DNA of 64,000 nt from Chiloscyllium plagiosum. Its lineage: Eukaryota. The notes beneath the pieces are model-generated. The model was not told the origin of the DNA and did no database searches. It was given only the letters and a program-made list of their open reading frames with translations. Below, piece after piece: positions 62,890-64,000 of this stretch (position 1 is the stretch's first letter; each line of letters begins with the position of its first letter). The stretch covers positions 83,160,669-83,224,668 of the forward strand of contig NC_057718.1 in the NCBI RefSeq assembly GCF_004010195.1, given 5' to 3'. A program made the position numbers and the translations under genes.

Positions 62890-63790
62890 CAAAAAAAAGA
62901 GAAGAAAGTGGTGAGCAGTGTTAAATATTCTTTTCCAGACTGGTGGACAGTGTATATTGAGGCTCCTCAGGAGTTGGTATTAGGACCACAGCTTTTTTAG
63001 ATACATATTAAGGAGTGTACTGGACACAATGTAAAAATTTACTGATGACATAAAGGTATTGGTGAGGAGGATAACATTAGATCATATGGATGGATATGAA
63101 ACAGGCAGACATTTTAGTCAGAGGAACACAGATAGGCAATATAAAATGAAGAATATAATTTTAAAGGTAGTGCAGGAGCAGGGAGATCTGGTATATATGC
63201 GCAAATTAACCTGGAATTCCTTGACGATATTGTGAGTTAACCAATGGCACATGGATTGCAGTGGTATAAGAAGGCAGCTCACTAACACCTTATCAAGGGC
63301 AACTAAGAATGGGCAATAAATGCTGGCCAAGCTAGTGGCACCCATATCCCAAGAATTAAATTAAAAATATTACTGAAGTGGCAACAAATTGGAAAAGAGG
63401 TTATTGAGGCATGCAGCATTCTGGGCTTTACAAATAATCATATAGAGTACCAAAGCTGGGAAGTGATGATGATCATTTATACAACATTGGTACAACTGGA
63501 GTGCTGTTTTCAATTCTGAGTACTGCTTTTGAGAGGGTGCAGAAAAATATCTATTAATTTGCTTTCAAAGATGAGGCACTTATGTGGATAGACAGGAAAG
63601 CTGATTCTGATCACCTGGACACAGTGGATAATAAGAAACTGCTTCCAGAGGACACTGATTTAATGTGATTAGCAAAAAAAGGAATTAGATAATTATGGAG
63701 AGAAAATATTTACGGAGCTACGGATAAATATGCAGGAAGACAGCTAGCACAGACACAGGACAGTTGTTCTCTTTTTCTGTTATAACTATT
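62890..63790 (+). mobile_element. Very old CR1 fragment with an inserted LINE tail (63230-63366)
   Basis: PQ..VLGP and KFTDD remnants; GGCAACTAAGAATGGGCAATAAATGCTGGCC tail. Confidence 0.6.
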
Positions 63791-64000
63791 CTATGTTTTT
63801 ATGAAAAGTTTTATTACCAAGAAACAGATTGGGAAAGGCAAACTGAACTAAAAGTAAGACTTATATTTATAAAGTATCTTTTATTTCTAACACACATTTC
63901 AATGAACATTATACAATATGTTATATTATAAGGAAGAAACTAATGACATTGTGGTAATGTCACTGGATTAGTGATCCAGAATCTCAGGCTAATGCTCTCA

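Overview
Vertebrate (elasmobranch/shark-type) genomic DNA, about two-thirds interspersed repeats, with three N gaps. Eight coding exons of a CDKL-family CMGC kinase, most like CDKL4, lie on the minus strand (45100 down to 7997). They have GT-AG junctions, consistent phases and give 287 aa plus a stop; the first coding exon was not found. An apparently functional U5 snRNA gene (PSE, octamer-like DSE, Sm site, 3' box) lies at 51983-52096 on the same strand. Repeats include HE1-type V-SINEs, many CR1/HER1-like LINE pieces, a near full-length L1 with a TSD, two scrambled Tx1-type insertions, solo-LTR-like elements and at least two Penelope-like element (PLE) families. The most unusual signal is a set of very short (about 100-250 bp) PLE-derived insertions with 10-17 bp TSDs that carry minimal hammerhead-ribozyme cores (CUGANGA...GAAA CGUH). 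Several are in the sense orientation of the kinase pre-mRNA. No database searches were run; family names come from recognised motifs.
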